A DNA stretch of 59,181 nucleotides, counting the filler, from Porpidia crustulata (lineage: Eukaryota), in NCBI GenBank assembly GCA_964255105.1. It is 2 parts of 2 records of this genome, joined end to end, with 100 filler letters (N's around TTAATTAATTAA, not from the genome) between each part and the next. Parts side by side here need not be neighbours in the genome. Positions count along the whole stretch, not along the records: positions 1 to 29,785 come from CAXUWE010000025.1; positions 29,886 to 59,181 come from CAXUWE010000026.1. One strand, 5' to 3'. Shown here piece by piece: positions 17,844 to 30,300 of the stretch; the stretch's first letter is position 1, and the number at the start of each line of letters is the position of its first letter. The notes under the pieces are model-generated. The model was given only the letters and a program-made list of their open reading frames with translations, made no database searches and was not told the origin of the DNA. Both the position numbers and the translations under genes were made by a program.

Positions 17844-18342
17844 TGTTAATCTGTACTCTGTTCTATCAAGCATAGCAATTGCGCTGGGCATCGGAGGGGG
17901 TAGGCAGATCTTTGGGACGAGATTGATCTCCATAGATAGATACACATATAATCCTGACATGTCCTACCGGATTCTTTAAGCAGGGTATGCAAAACGAGGA
18001 CTCAGAAGTAAGGTAGGCTAGTGGAGCGTAAGATAGGTAGGTACGTGGGTACGTAGGTACCTACCACGCAGGTAACGTTGTGCCGTAATTAAAGCTTCCT
18101 CAACCGGTTTCGTAATCTTCGTATGATACAGAAGCGTCGGTCTAAGTCCAGTCCACCATTAAGTCAACTCGCAGACACCACAACGAACTTGTGATCAGGA
18201 ATAATTGCAGTCCACCAATACTCAGTCTACAATTTCATCAACAGAAGTTGGAGGTCAGAAACCAGGGCGAACCAAGTAGGCGTGTGCCAATCCAGAAGCC
18301 TTATAGAGCTGCCGCTACTGCATCTGTTCAACCTGCGAGATC

Positions 18343-19084
18343 ATGGCCGGAACTCGGAATTATGATTTCCTTGTGAGTTATACCTCTTTGGACTTCCTAG
18401 TAGTTGCCTTTGAAACGTTCTGCACTAATAGGCAATAGATCAAACTTCTCTTAATAGGCGACTCCGGCGTTGGCAAGTCATGTTGTCTACTTAGATTCAG
18501 CGAAGATTCCTTTACTCCTTCCTTCATCACAACCATTGGCATCGACTTCAAGATCAGGACAATCGAGCTGGATGGTAAGAGGGTTAAATTGCAGATATGG
18601 GACACAGCAGGCCAAGAAAGATTTAGGACCATCACGACTGCGTATTACAGAGGTGCCATGGGCATACTGTTAGTCTATGACGTTACCGACGAGCGCTCAT
18701 TCAACAGTATGCCCCTTATTCTTACGAGTAGGAAGTTAGCAGAGCTGACAAGGAGCAGACATCCGCACTTGGTTTTCTAACGTCGAGCAACATGCAACGG
18801 AAGGCGTTAACAAAATACTCATTGGAAATAAATGTGATTGGGAAGAGAAACGAGCTGTTTCTGTTGAGCGAGGTCAGCAACTAGCAGATGAACTTGGCAT
18901 TCCTTTCATGGAGGTTTCCGCCAAAAGCAACATCAACGTCGAAAAGGCATTTTACAGCTTAGCAGCAGACATTAAGAAACGAATCATAGACACAAGCAAA
19001 TCCGATCAGGCGACGCCGCAAGGTGTCAACGTATCAGATCAGAGTAACAGTATGGCATCCGCGATGGGAGGGAAGTGCTGCTAA
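18343..19084 (+). CDS. SEC4: Rab GTPase Sec4/Ypt2/Rab8
   Basis: [63 protein letters not shown] and a C-terminal CC prenylation site. Two introns. Confidence 0.93.
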
Positions 19085-19809
19085 GTGAAGATTAATTATT
19101 GTTTGGCGCTGGTTGGTTTTAGCGAGCGGTATCAATTTGTGGGTTTCAATTGACTATTGTGGCAATGCGAAGCTCGGCGCAAGGTTGCGGTATGCCAGGT
19201 CGTTCTTCGCATATGTTCTGCATATTACCTATGAGAAGACACGGTGACAGCTCTTCCTCAGTGGTAATGCCCAATCACAAAAGTTTGGGGCCCAGATGCT
19301 GTGACCATGCGGGCAATAATCTAGTACTTCAAGGTTCTCATCTGGGCATCGGAACCTTTCGATAGCACTAATGTCCTACGAGATATGGTACGTGCCAGGC
19401 AATCACTATTTCTGAACGTTGACTTCACTATCAACGTCTACAATAGTGTGTGAAGCCCCTGTTCAGGCGTTTGTTCGAGTTTTTCTTGCGGTCCCGATTT
19501 CTACGAAATGCTTGAGGAATTAGTCAAAGGAACGCCATGATGACCTTGGGCAGAGATAAACCCACTGCTACCACCTCATTCTACCTGAAATCACTTTCTT
19601 GTCAATAGACGATCCATGATAGAGGTGCTAGGAGTCAAGATGCATTATATCGCTATTCCATGCTCAAGCATTCCTATAGTCTCTAGGCCTATGAACAATC
19701 AGAGTCATGAATGCTGCCCGTGACGATCCTAGTGCTTAATGAAGACTCCGTCCGCGTCTGCGCGCATCTTCTGTGTTTTTCGATGTATTCTATTCCGAGG
19801 GAGGGTATA

Positions 19810-21199
19810 TCACCAGATATACTCCGCATGGACCAAATAAGGCGGCTCGTCCTGTAATGACGGGTCCCTCGATACAAGAAATGGCCTCCGATGCCACGCC
19901 CTCACAAAGCGTCTTGCCTCGTGTTCGTCTTCAAATGTGATAATCCACCTGGGATATGTTCGTTTTACACTGCCAGGCCCCTCGTCACCCTCGCTCTCCT
20001 CAGATCGAAACTCCTGCAATTCATCCAGATCCGCTAGCGAAGTAGATCCATCTATCTTCTCAATTGACTTTCGGCCGTTCAGAAGAGCCCATTCCATACC
20101 CCTGTCCCGGCCATCCTGAGCTATTGCGTCTCGTACGATGTTGATTTGGGGCTGATGTCCAATCACCCAAAATAGTACAGCTCTCCCGGCCTTCTCCACT
20201 GGCTTAACAAGCTGGATATATCCGCGCCCGTTTACTAATCTCTGAACGCCAGTCGAGTATGGGGGGAAGAGGACTTTGAGCGACAATGTTTGTGACGGGG
20301 GACAAAGTGCGTAGTCTTGGAGCAAAGTATCAACGTCTTCGCCTTCGATCAACATCCCTGCAGGGGGCGCCATTGGGGATTGTAGAGATGAAGGCGTGTG
20401 AGTAGTTGCAAGACGATGGGTATGTACCACATGATTTTGATACGCGCGGGCATAGGCTGGATTAGGAAAGAGAAGGAAGTAGTGACCTAGAGGCTGAAGG
20501 GTTGCTTGATCACGACCAGGAATAACTTCGATTGATGCATCAGTAAATAAGTGAGGTGGTGGGTAGGTTGTTTAAAATCAAACCTTTCAAGGGATCACCG
20601 GGGCCCTTCCAATCCTCGATATGCTGCCCTTTTGGCGCGATGCGGCGAAAATCACTTTCGTCAAGAGATTTGCTAGCCCGCTGCATCACTAGGATAGCTA
20701 TATCCCATCGCCTGAGAGCTGCCTTGGAAGCTGCTTTGGTAAGTTTGCCAGAACGATTTCTATCATCTCTAAGATTCTCCTGTTCATCCACATCATCAAG
20801 GTCCGGCGGCGGCAGGCGGGGAATTTGTTGGTCTAGAACAGAGGACTGTCGGTCTAAGTCTGAAGGCCTCTTCACTTCCTCGGGGAAGAGCTCTTCAAAA
20901 AGAGACAGTCCCTGGTGTCTGGACTGATAATGCTTACTGTCATGTTTCTGGGAATCCTGAGACTTAAGCTCTTGGTGTTTTTGCTCGTGATAGTTTATAC
21001 CTCTGTGCTTAAAATCGGAGTACACAATGTCTTGCGTTTGACGCTCCTGTTGCTCAGGCTCTCGGCGCTGCGGCAGCGGGGCCCCCTCCCATCGAGCCCA
21101 GCCACCCTTAGGATCATGAAGCCATCGTGGATGGCATGGACGACCAGATATCCATGCCAATGAGAATAATTGAGATGGCCCAAGCCGCAATGCTAGCAT
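19810..21199 (-). CDS. Conserved-looking fungal hypothetical protein (two exons)
   Basis: Two long ORFs (SLFEELFPEE; ASKSLDESDFRRIAPKGQHIEDW; RWIITFEDEHEARRFVRAWHRRPF) separated by an intron near 20515-20575. Divergent from AFG2 at 240 bp. Confidence 0.65.
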
Positions 21200-21438
21200 C
21201 AAAGACCTGGCAGTGTTCCAATTGGATTTGCAATGTGTCGAGGCGGTACATTCGGATTTGAGGGATCCCACCGAGTACTCGCCAAGGGTTGGTGGGCACG
21301 TGGGTACGCGTATGTACTCTGTAAGGGGGAGCGCTAAGGAATTTAGAGTAGTGATTTTCATAGTCGCGTTGAATGATAGCTTTCCAGTTGCAATATTTTG
21401 AGATGAGGAACGAGCAAAACCCTAGAATCTGCTGAGCT

Positions 21439-23724
21439 ATGGAAACAAAGGCGTACGTCGTGCGACCGTTCTCAAAACCCGCGCGAACAGATTGGAAAGA
21501 CGTCTTTAGAATCCATCTCTCACCAACCACAATGCTACTACTCGAGCTCCATACTGGTAACACCTGCCAGATCCAGAGAGCCGACGAGATTTTAGGCCAT
21601 GCTATCGCGTGGCCTGCTTCTGAGAAGATTTTAGACTCGGTAGTGCAAACGTCAAAGGCTCTCCAGACACTCTACAGCTTGAAGCTAGGTGATAAAGTTT
21701 CCATTCTACGTAATAAAGTTCCTGTCGAAGATGCAAAATCTGTACATTTATCCGAATTGTATCCTGAAGTTGCCGGCATTTCTCCTCCTTACACTCCGCT
21801 CAATGCGCTTGAAAGGCCACACTGGTCATGGCTCCTGGAGCATATCCTTGAAAAGGCGGAACATCTTGGCCCTGGCATGGTCTTCGAGAACGTTGAGTTG
21901 AGAGGCGAGAAGAGGTCTTTCAGAATTTCCAGTATTAATGCAAAACATGATTTGGTCCTGTTTCGAGCTCGTCCTAATTCGAAGATTATCATCAAAGATA
22001 ATGTTCCCACGGAGAGTGGGAAATATGCTTCTGCCCATGAAAAATTGAAGATTTCTGATCATGACATCGGTGGTTTGACGAGACAGATACAGAAATTGAA
22101 TAAGCATTTAGCAGCCTATGGTGAAGAGCAGCGTAGAATAAAATATCCTGTGTACTATCGCCGACATCGCGGTGGCATCATCCTTCATGGGCCTCCTGGT
22201 ACCGGAAAGAGCATGCTGCTGCGGAAAATCTGCGCCGCGCCATGGCATAAGGTGTTCCATATTGATAGCGCCCTCAATGGACACGGCATCGTTAGCAGCG
22301 AGGTGCTGACACAGAATGTCTTCGATGACGCCCTTCGCTACCAACCTAGCGTAATCATTGTAGACAACCTCCAATCTGTGGCTGGAAAACGAGATCTAGT
22401 GGAGGACAGGAAGTTTAGTATTGCTAATAAGTTATGTGAAGGTCTCGATCGACTTGGCGATGCTCATGTGCTTGTGATAGCCGCGACAACCTCACTGGCA
22501 GGGGTTGACGAAACTTTGAGGAGGCCGGGACGTTTCGAATTTGAAATAGAGATACCGGTCCCGGACTCATCAGCGCGGACGGAGATACTTAAGGTTGTTA
22601 CTGGCCTGCCCAAGACTGCGGAAAATGAAGGACTTGAAAATTTAGGCAATCGAACGCATGGGTTTGTCGGTGCTGACCTTGATATGTTGACACAGCTGGC
22701 AGTGGATAACGCAATAGAGCGCACCTTACCCCTACATAGCAATGAGGATGGAAGTAAAGCTGATGACGGACCAGTAATCGAGATCGAAGTGGCCGAAGCA
22801 GATTTCAACGATGCGCTGCTCGATGTACGGCCTATTGCTATGCGAGAAGTATTCCTCGAGACTCCACAGGTCCAATGGAGCGACATTGGTGGACAAAAGT
22901 TCGTCAAGAAGATTCTTAGACAGGCGGTGGAGTGGCCCTTCAAGGTATGATTATAGGTCACAGATTACGAACCAAACACCCTGATTATGGTGTAGTTTCC
23001 AAGTGAATTACAGCGACTTGGCATCGAGCCAAGGAAAGGTCTCGTATTATATGGTCCTCCGGGCTGTTCAAAGACACTGATCGCCAAAGCCATTGCCACT
23101 GAAGCTGGTCTCAATTTCATTGCTGTCAAGGGTGCTGAGCTACTAAGCATGTATGTCGGAGAATCAGAGCGAGGAGTGCGAGAGGTCTTCCGTAAAGCTA
23201 GAGCGGCGAGTCCCAGCATTATTTTTTTCGATGAGATAGATGCTCTGGGAACATCAAGAGGAGGGGCGGGTTACCATGGATCACTCAATGTTGTTACGAC
23301 TTTACTAAACGAGCTCGATGGGATCGAACTCTTAAAGCGAGTATTCGTACTTGCCGCTACCAATAAGCCCGAGGTGCTTGACCCAGCGCTCTTACGTCCG
23401 GGAAGACTAGATTCAGTGCTTTACGTTGGACTCCCGGACGTTGAAGCCAGAAAAGAGATACTGCAGCTACGAATACTTAGGATGGATATCGATGACACTG
23501 TAAACACTGTTGCTCTGGGAGAAGCTACAGAAGGCTACTCCGGGGCTGAGGTGGTCAGCATCTGCCACAAGGCTGGATATGCCGCCTTAGAAGACCAAAT
23601 TGATTCTGGTGTCGAGCAACAAGTGGGCCAAAAGCACTTTGAATTGGCAATGGCAGAAGTGCATCGAGGCATTACTCCAGCAATGATACAGAGCTATAAG
23701 GAATGGGGCGCAAAAAGGCCATGA
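21439..23724 (+). CDS. AFG2: Type II AAA+ ATPase Afg2/Drg1 (SPATA5) family
   Basis: Two AAA modules: GPPGTGKS and LRRPGRFEFEIEI; WSDIGGQ, GPPGCSKT (Afg2-type Walker A), FFDEID and LLRPGRLD. Intron ~22945-22996. Confidence 0.88.
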
Positions 23725-25130
23725 CTTGAAGTCCACCCTACGAATGCGAATATATCGCCTGCGTGAAGACGAAATGAAAATTGAAGTAGCAAGAGAGTTT
23801 GCAGCAGTCTCATCCAGGACGTTTTCCAGCGCATGAGTGCTATCATCAAACGCAGCTACGTCAAAGTGTCAAAGCCAGCCTTTCACTAGATTGTGAGGCC
23901 TTGAGACAAAATCGCAATCAAATCCATTGATGTGGACATAATGGGAATACCAAAGTTCTCCTGTTAATTAAAGCACGTGGGTCCACCACCCATATAATGT
24001 TCCAAGGCTTAGAGTGGTATTGATATGTTGAACTCTCCTCGTTATCTCTGCGCCAGATTCGATCACGAAATGACCGAAGCTTGAGACTAAGGCGAACTTC
24101 ACTCGGCCACGGTGCCAAAGCCCGACAAGTTCCGACTCCGCAGTAGCTCCCTACTCAAGACAATAGGAGAAATCTCACTCATCCATCATCCAAAAGACGA
24201 GACGGGCTCATCCAAGGCCATCGTTACAAGTGCATGATAAAAGTCCAAAAGATGATGTTAGAAGGATGTATGCGAAATCATGCTTATCTGATGGTTTTGT
24301 GGTCTTTAAACGTTAGGCAGGCAGTAAGGCAATGTTTACAGAGCCAGTAATATATCAAACGATAGACTTACTGAATTCCGAAATGGGAACCAATTATATC
24401 ACTGCGAGCATATTAAAGTAAACATTCATGGTACAACCATATAAATGACAGAATAATTCGCCTAATGTTTGATGGTTGAGGAGCATCCGCCGAGATGGTC
24501 GATATTCCTCCCTACATTCAAGTGACTGCCACATTGCTAACAGGGCCAGGCACACATTCGTGATAGTTAGCAAAAAGAGCGATGCCGTGAAACTCGATCC
24601 GGATAAAATTAACTTTTGTATCTATCAAACATCACCTCAATGCTATTAAATCAAGTGATAACGAGCGCAGAAAGATGAAAGTAGAATGACACACTGCCAG
24701 ACTACGTGAAGCCATACACCAATAGAATTGGCTTTTCCTGCTTCTCAGAGTCAATGACCGCGAGCCAGAAATCCATCGAAATTATATGAACAATCGCATT
24801 ACACAAATTCAGGTTAGTTCCATGTCATCATAATAGTTTGTAGCTTCATGTCGCTGTTGCACTGACAACATTTTGTGTGTGATTTTTGGTTTCTTCAGGA
24901 TGCGAGGCAGTCACCTGCATGTACTGGTCCACAATTAGACTAGCCGACCCTAACTGTTGGCCACTTGGCTTACTGTCCCGTTACGAGTAGGGGTACAGCG
25001 GCGTCCGTATTTTCTACAGCCAACCGGTGTCGGTGGTATATGGATGTCTTTGTTCCAGGACCTATGAAAATACCTTTAAAGCTTGTGGAACATCTACGAA
25101 CATTACGATAACCCCTCCAGATTTACCACC

Positions 25131-26279
25131 ATGCCATCTTTAACCCCAGAGCGTGGCCGTTCGCGCTCGCGACAACAAGTGTCATCCGCAGCCCAATCAC
25201 GAACTCCTTCGAAGCCGCGATCATCCCCACGACGCTCGATATCGCCTCGCTCCGGCGGTCGGTCAAGGACACATAGCCATACGTCTTCGGTCCATAGAGG
25301 ACCTGTTAGTGAACGCAATGGGGTGAAGAGTGTACGAGATCGAAGTCGGAGCCGGACGAGAAGCCCCACCCGAAGTCGAAGTGGTGGCCGAGGGGGACGA
25401 GGACGTAGAGACCGCGATTATACGCGTAGTCCCAGCAAGGAAGCGCTTGTGCCAAAGAGCTCTAAGGTATACCCTAAGAAACTTGATTTATTGATTGATT
25501 TCATGAACCGCAGCTTACAATGCGTAGATCGTAGTGGAGAAGCTCACCAAGAATGTCAGCGTAGATCATCTTCGCGAGATATTCGGTACCTATGGTGCTA
25601 TTCGAGATTTAGATTTGCCTATCAACGCACAATGTACATCATTGTCCTTCCATCGACGTACTCCAAGCTAATACCACTAGTCATGACCAATCGAGGCACG
25701 GCCTACATTATCTACAACAATACCCCAGATGCAGAGGCCGCAATCGCGCACATGCATGAAGCCCAGCTTGACGGTGCTGTGATTAGTGTTTCGATTGTGC
25801 TACCGCGCCGGAAATTCTCCCGCTCTCCACCTCCTACTCGACGAGGCGGGCCAACGTTTGATCGCTTCGAAACACGTGGGCCACCTCGAGGAGGCTACAG
25901 AGGGGACCGAGGGGGACCACCACCTCCAAGCTATGAACGTCCAAGATATGGAGGTTACCGCTCTCCACCACCACCTCGGCGCGCATCACCTCCAAGACGA
26001 TATGGAGGACGACCAGGCCCGCGAGACCGCGACTTGGATACCTACCGGCCACGCTCATATTCACGATCAAGGTCGCCGCGAAGGACTCGATCACGTTCAT
26101 TTTCGTCTAGATCTCCAAGTCGAACTCCGCCCCGAAGGAACAGAGGTGGAGGGCGCCGGAACAGCCCGCAGCAGCCAAGAGGGGCCCGGAGAAGAAGCCC
26201 GAGCTACTCCAGCTATTCTAGCTACAGCGGTCGAAGCCGCAGCAGAAGCAGAGGTCGATACGCACGGGGGAGAAGGTGA
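25131..26279 (+). CDS. RNPS1-like SR/RRM protein (ASAP/exon junction complex)
   Basis: RS-rich termini flanking the RRM IVVEKLTKNVSVDHLREIFGTYG...NRGTAYI...AIAHMHEAQLDG. Introns at ~25467-25528 and ~25633-25680. Confidence 0.85.
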   Translation: MPSLTPERGRSRSRQQVSSAAQSRTPSKPRSSPRRSISPRSGGRSRTHSHTSSVHRGPVSERNGVKSVRDRSRSRTRSPTRSRSGGRGGRGRRDRDYTRSPSKEALVPKSSKVYPKKLDLLIDFMNRSLQCVDRSGEAHQECQRRSSSRDIRYLWCYSRFRFAYQRTMYIIVLPSTYSKLIPLVMTNRGTAYIIYNNTPDAEAAIAHMHEAQLDGAVISVSIVLPRRKFSRSPPPTRRGGPTFDRFETRGPPRGGYRGDRGGPPPPSYERPRYGGYRSPPPPRRASPPRRYGGRPGPRDRDLDTYRPRSYSRSRSPRRTRSRSFSSRSPSRTPPRRNRGGGRRNSPQQPRGARRRSPSYSSYSSYSGRSRSRSRGRYARGRR

Positions 26280-27889
26280 CTGAACCACAGCCTTGCGACG
26301 TGTGAGATGGAAAATCGTGGCGAGCAACCAAGGTCTGGCGTTGATTATTCGTGACAAGGTTGCCTAAAAATGCTGTTGGGATCCTCGGGTTTGTCTCATC
26401 TTAATCATTTTAGGACCACAGTACGTATCCGTGGGCTCCGGTCTGCAGAGGTTTGATAGGATACCAAGATGCTTGATCGAGATAGAAATTGTAGTAATTA
26501 GGCATTTTCTTGCTTCAATCACCGGATGTGTTGAAAAGCTACTTTCTGGCAACGCGCAGCCACGATTATTCCTGTTACCTCATCGTTGCGCTTTAGTACC
26601 TGACATTAGCGTACCGAAGGAAATTACCTTTTTCAGGGTAATGATTGCGACTGATAGCTAACCTAAAGCTTAAACTGAGGTCTTTTTCCCCGAGGAGTTC
26701 ATGCCGAGACTCCTCGACCACCACCCAGATGCGACTTCCTAGCGAATCCCATGATTGTAGTGCTCGTAGAGCAAGCTACAGATTTCGTCCACGTATGTCG
26801 TACAAAGGCAAGCCAATAATGTAGTTGTTTCCTGCGAGAATAACTTCCCTGTTCCGGGAGGGTACATTCAGCTACTGCTCGGTTCGGGTGATCAGCCGTC
26901 TGGAGTGGCGAAGGATGCAGCGCCCGTCGGTGGCTTGACAACATGAACCTCACATCAACGAATGCTGCGACGGCCTTGCAGCCAACCATGTGACTTCAAT
27001 CACATGTTGGTCTGCTTGGAATGGTTTTGAAAAACGTGATCAAGTGGACGAAGGTGAGGCTTCTGCATCCCAGTGCTCGCCAATCCGAAACAATGGACCT
27101 AGTACCGGCAGATGACCAAAGCCAATGAGAATCCATAGTCCACCTTCCCATGTTCACCTCCTTGAACTCACATACCAATACGAGTACATGGTAGGTGATA
27201 TTACTCAGTCTCAGTCTCATATACGACGCCTACCATGTGACATGAATAATTGGTACCGCTTGGCTCAATTTCGTTGTATCTCAATAACCCAATGAAACGG
27301 AAGGTAAGGTGTTCAGAGGTCACAAAGACTTGCACGAGTCGGTAATTGCAGGGTGCATGCATCACCGTATCGACTTTGCTATTGGCTATCATTTGCTGCC
27401 ATAGGTCAAAGATGCTCCCTTTGCCCCTTCTTTCTTTGTGACCCATGGTTCCTTTGTTGCCTTCCATTGTATACCTTGCCTGCTTGCCTAGCCTCATCCC
27501 TACCCCTACCTTATCACTCTTCATTTCCGTCAATAACACATCTATGGCGCCTACCAATTTAATCCACCCCCGCCTGTGTCTTGACTCCACCTGCTGTTTT
27601 TTCCCCGTCCTTTCCTTCCTGCTCTTCCGATCAAATCTCTAACAATTTCACTCTTTTGGTTTACCAGAGCTGGCCTTCACTCTCATTTCTGCTAGTCAGA
27701 TATCGCCTTCCTGCCAGCCAGACGACTTATTGCTTCTTCCTTCCATACACACATACTTTACAAATTGCAAGCCACGGTCTTGCTACCACATTCCTTTCAT
27801 ATGCCAAAGTTGGCATCACTTTTGTTGTCCCTCGGCCGCCAAATAAACCATCACAGACTCCAGTAATTTTCAGCAAAGGAAATCTCAAT

Positions 27890-28834
27890 ATGCGTACCCT
27901 CATCTTCGGCTGTGCCCTCTTGGCCGTTCATGCATTAAGCTCTCCAGTCCGCAAGCGAGATGTCGTTACGAAAGAAGTTATTGTCATGGACGAAGTCATC
28001 GTTACCGTCACAGTTATGCCAGGCAGCGGACCGGAGTCAGCGACTCCAGCTGCGGCTTCTATCCAAAAGATAGCCTTTCCTTTCAATAATTCCCCCAGCG
28101 ACAACACCAACGACAACAATAAGAACTGGAACTGGGATACACGGAGCTGGTCCTGGGCCCACTCTAACCCAACGTCTTCTTCCACCTTAATGCTCTCCTC
28201 AACTCTAACAGTGGCCTCCACATTAACTCCACCACTATCGCCTCCAAGCACTACTTCACCACCATCTTCCCCTTCAATTACCGCGGCCCCTTCGTCTTCC
28301 TCCACAAGTCACACATCATCGGCTGCTCCTTCATCTTCATCGCCACCGAGCTCGGCGTGTGATGGCTCGCCTAAGTCCGGTGACGTCCCAGTTCTCTGCA
28401 CTGTCAACAAATGGCGCAAGGCCTACGGTTTATCCGATCTCCAATGGGACTCTAACCTGCAAGCTAATGCGCAAAAGACCGGTACCGACGACGGCGGTGT
28501 GAACGAGAAGCACGAGCTTAATCCCGGCTCTATGGCCCAAGTCATTACTCCAGGTCTACAAAAAGCACTGCCGGGCAAGGACATGGGTGGCGACTCACCT
28601 TTTGAACTGGCTTACGTTGGATGGTTATGTGAAGTGGCTAGCGACCCGCAATTGGCCAACGGCAACCAATGTGGCATCGTGAAGAACATCGAAAATATGA
28701 TGTATTCTGACTCTGGGCATCACGACATCTTGAACTCTCCAAAGTACTCTAAGATCGGGTGCGCTTTTGCAGCCAACCCTGCCGCTGCCAATGACTCACC
28801 ATACCAGGGGCTTTGGGTCTGCGATCTATCTTGA
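27890..28834 (+). CDS. Secreted CAP/SCP (PR-1-like) domain protein with a Ser/Thr/Pro linker
   Basis: Signal peptide MRTLIFGCALLAVHALS, Kex2 KR site, S/T/P stalk, VNKWRKAYGLSDLQWD and SGHHDILNSPKYSKIGCA CAP motifs. Confidence 0.8.
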   Translation: MRTLIFGCALLAVHALSSPVRKRDVVTKEVIVMDEVIVTVTVMPGSGPESATPAAASIQKIAFPFNNSPSDNTNDNNKNWNWDTRSWSWAHSNPTSSSTLMLSSTLTVASTLTPPLSPPSTTSPPSSPSITAAPSSSSTSHTSSAAPSSSSPPSSACDGSPKSGDVPVLCTVNKWRKAYGLSDLQWDSNLQANAQKTGTDDGGVNEKHELNPGSMAQVITPGLQKALPGKDMGGDSPFELAYVGWLCEVASDPQLANGNQCGIVKNIENMMYSDSGHHDILNSPKYSKIGCAFAANPAAANDSPYQGLWVCDLS

Positions 28835-29159
28835 GTGCCAGACTTACCCCTTTTTGAATCCTGGTGGTTCAGAAATTGTATTCCTTCACTGTACATTTTG
28901 ATATGGTATTGTGATATGTATTCTCGACTTGATGGCAAGATTAGCTGGGCATGCTCTCAATGAGTATCTGCAGTTTTGCAATGTCAAGGTCATGAAAGCA
29001 TATTATTTGAAGGGAGCTATTTGAAGCTACGCTAGAAATGAAAAGCATATTCGTGGTACATGATATTGACCGTAGTGTGGTTCAGATAAGCAGCGTCGTC
29101 ATATGCAAAGGTGTGACCGTTTGGGAGAGAAACTAAAGATACCCACTGACCGTCCACCC

Positions 29160-29785
29160 TTTGCCTACCCATACACCCCCTTCCTTTAAACGAGGTTTGG
29201 TTTTAGGGTTATAAAGCAATCCCTCGTTAACTTTAAAAAATAAAGCAATTACTGAGGTTGTTTTCTAATGTCCGGACAGTAAAGATTAATTGTAACAATA
29301 TTCTCGCTTTAGTATGTGCTACGACCGACCCCGGGTGTACTAGTTTACCGGATTAGGAAGCTAGTGGGCTAGGGCATCACCCCCCAACTGCACCACTAAA
29401 AGGCGAAATTCCAAGTCGACAGACATGCTACTAGTACTATTATATATGTCAGGTGATGTTCGTAACAGTATGTTCGATAATTAAAACTTAATCCGATTTA
29501 TGTTCTGTTCTAATATTGAATTCGATTAAACATCTATGTTGAACTAAAAGGGCGGCCGCCACAGTAGCTACAGCACTATGGTGAGCTATATTCCAGCACT
29601 TCACCTACTCTCGTAGCGCTGAAGATGCGGACAGAGGGATTCGAACGCGCAACCTACCGAACCCTCGGTTAGGCTCTACCCCTCAGTGGGTTTTACGACA
29701 CGTCTCACGCCTGCACTAACCCGGGCTCATAACTGTTAGGGGCCTCCTAACTACCTAGCTATGGGGGTAAATCAACGAAGAAATA
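29160..29785. repeat. TpA-rich non-coding tract at the contig end, likely a RIP-degraded repeat or transposon remnant
   Basis: Dense TA dinucleotides (ctactagtactattatatatg, taattaaaacttaa), no ORFs, and the assembly breaks here. Confidence 0.4.
29625..29692 (-). pseudogene. Degenerate tRNA-like sequence (tRNA pseudogene or SINE head)
   Basis: The minus strand reads GGTAGAGC (D-arm/A-box-like), ACCGA..TCGGT hairpin, then GTTCGAATCC (T-loop/B-box). The acceptor and T stems do not pair well. Confidence 0.35.
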
Positions 29786-29885
29786 NNNNNNNNNNNNNNN
29801 NNNNNNNNNNNNNNNNNNNNNNNNNNNNNTTAATTAATTAANNNNNNNNNNNNNNNNNNNNNNNNNNNNNNNNNNNNNNNNNNNN
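29786..29885. other. Artificial contig-joining spacer (44 N + TTAATTAATTAA + 44 N)
   Basis: Symmetric 100-bp spacer whose core is a self-complementary 12-mer giving stop codons in all six frames. Confidence 0.95.
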
Positions 29886-30300
29886 GGTTTTTTCTGAGTG
29901 GGGGGGGTGTGATGAACGAGTGGTGATGGGTTCTTGGGGTTGGAAGGGCGCATCCGTACGAGGAGGTCGCGTATGAGGTGTACAGGTTGGAGGATGTGTG
30001 AGGGATGGAATCGGTGAGGGTAAATAGGGATGGGGAGGGCTTGAAGAAGAGGTTGACAGGCTTTATATTTGACATTATTAAACAAGCACGGAACATGATA
30101 CATGTACTTTACATCCAGCGTCCATTGCGAAGAGGAAATGCAACCGAGAAGGAGAAAATATTATATCGATCGACAGACAATAGTCCAAATCCAAAATCCG
30201 AGATTCCCGGCTCTTGACCTACCACCCATGGACCCAGTTTTAGGTGTGATAAGATTACCTGAGTCCCTAATTTCCTCACAGATAAAAAAACAGCGGTCGT

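Noticed and set aside
18034..18076. GGTA(C/G) repeats with a palindrome upstream of SEC4; similar runs at ~4443 and ~46395
   Set aside because: Short low-complexity promoter sequence with no assignable function.
29830..30103. ORFs running into the N gap
   Set aside because: Artefacts of the spacer and a G-rich low-complexity tract.
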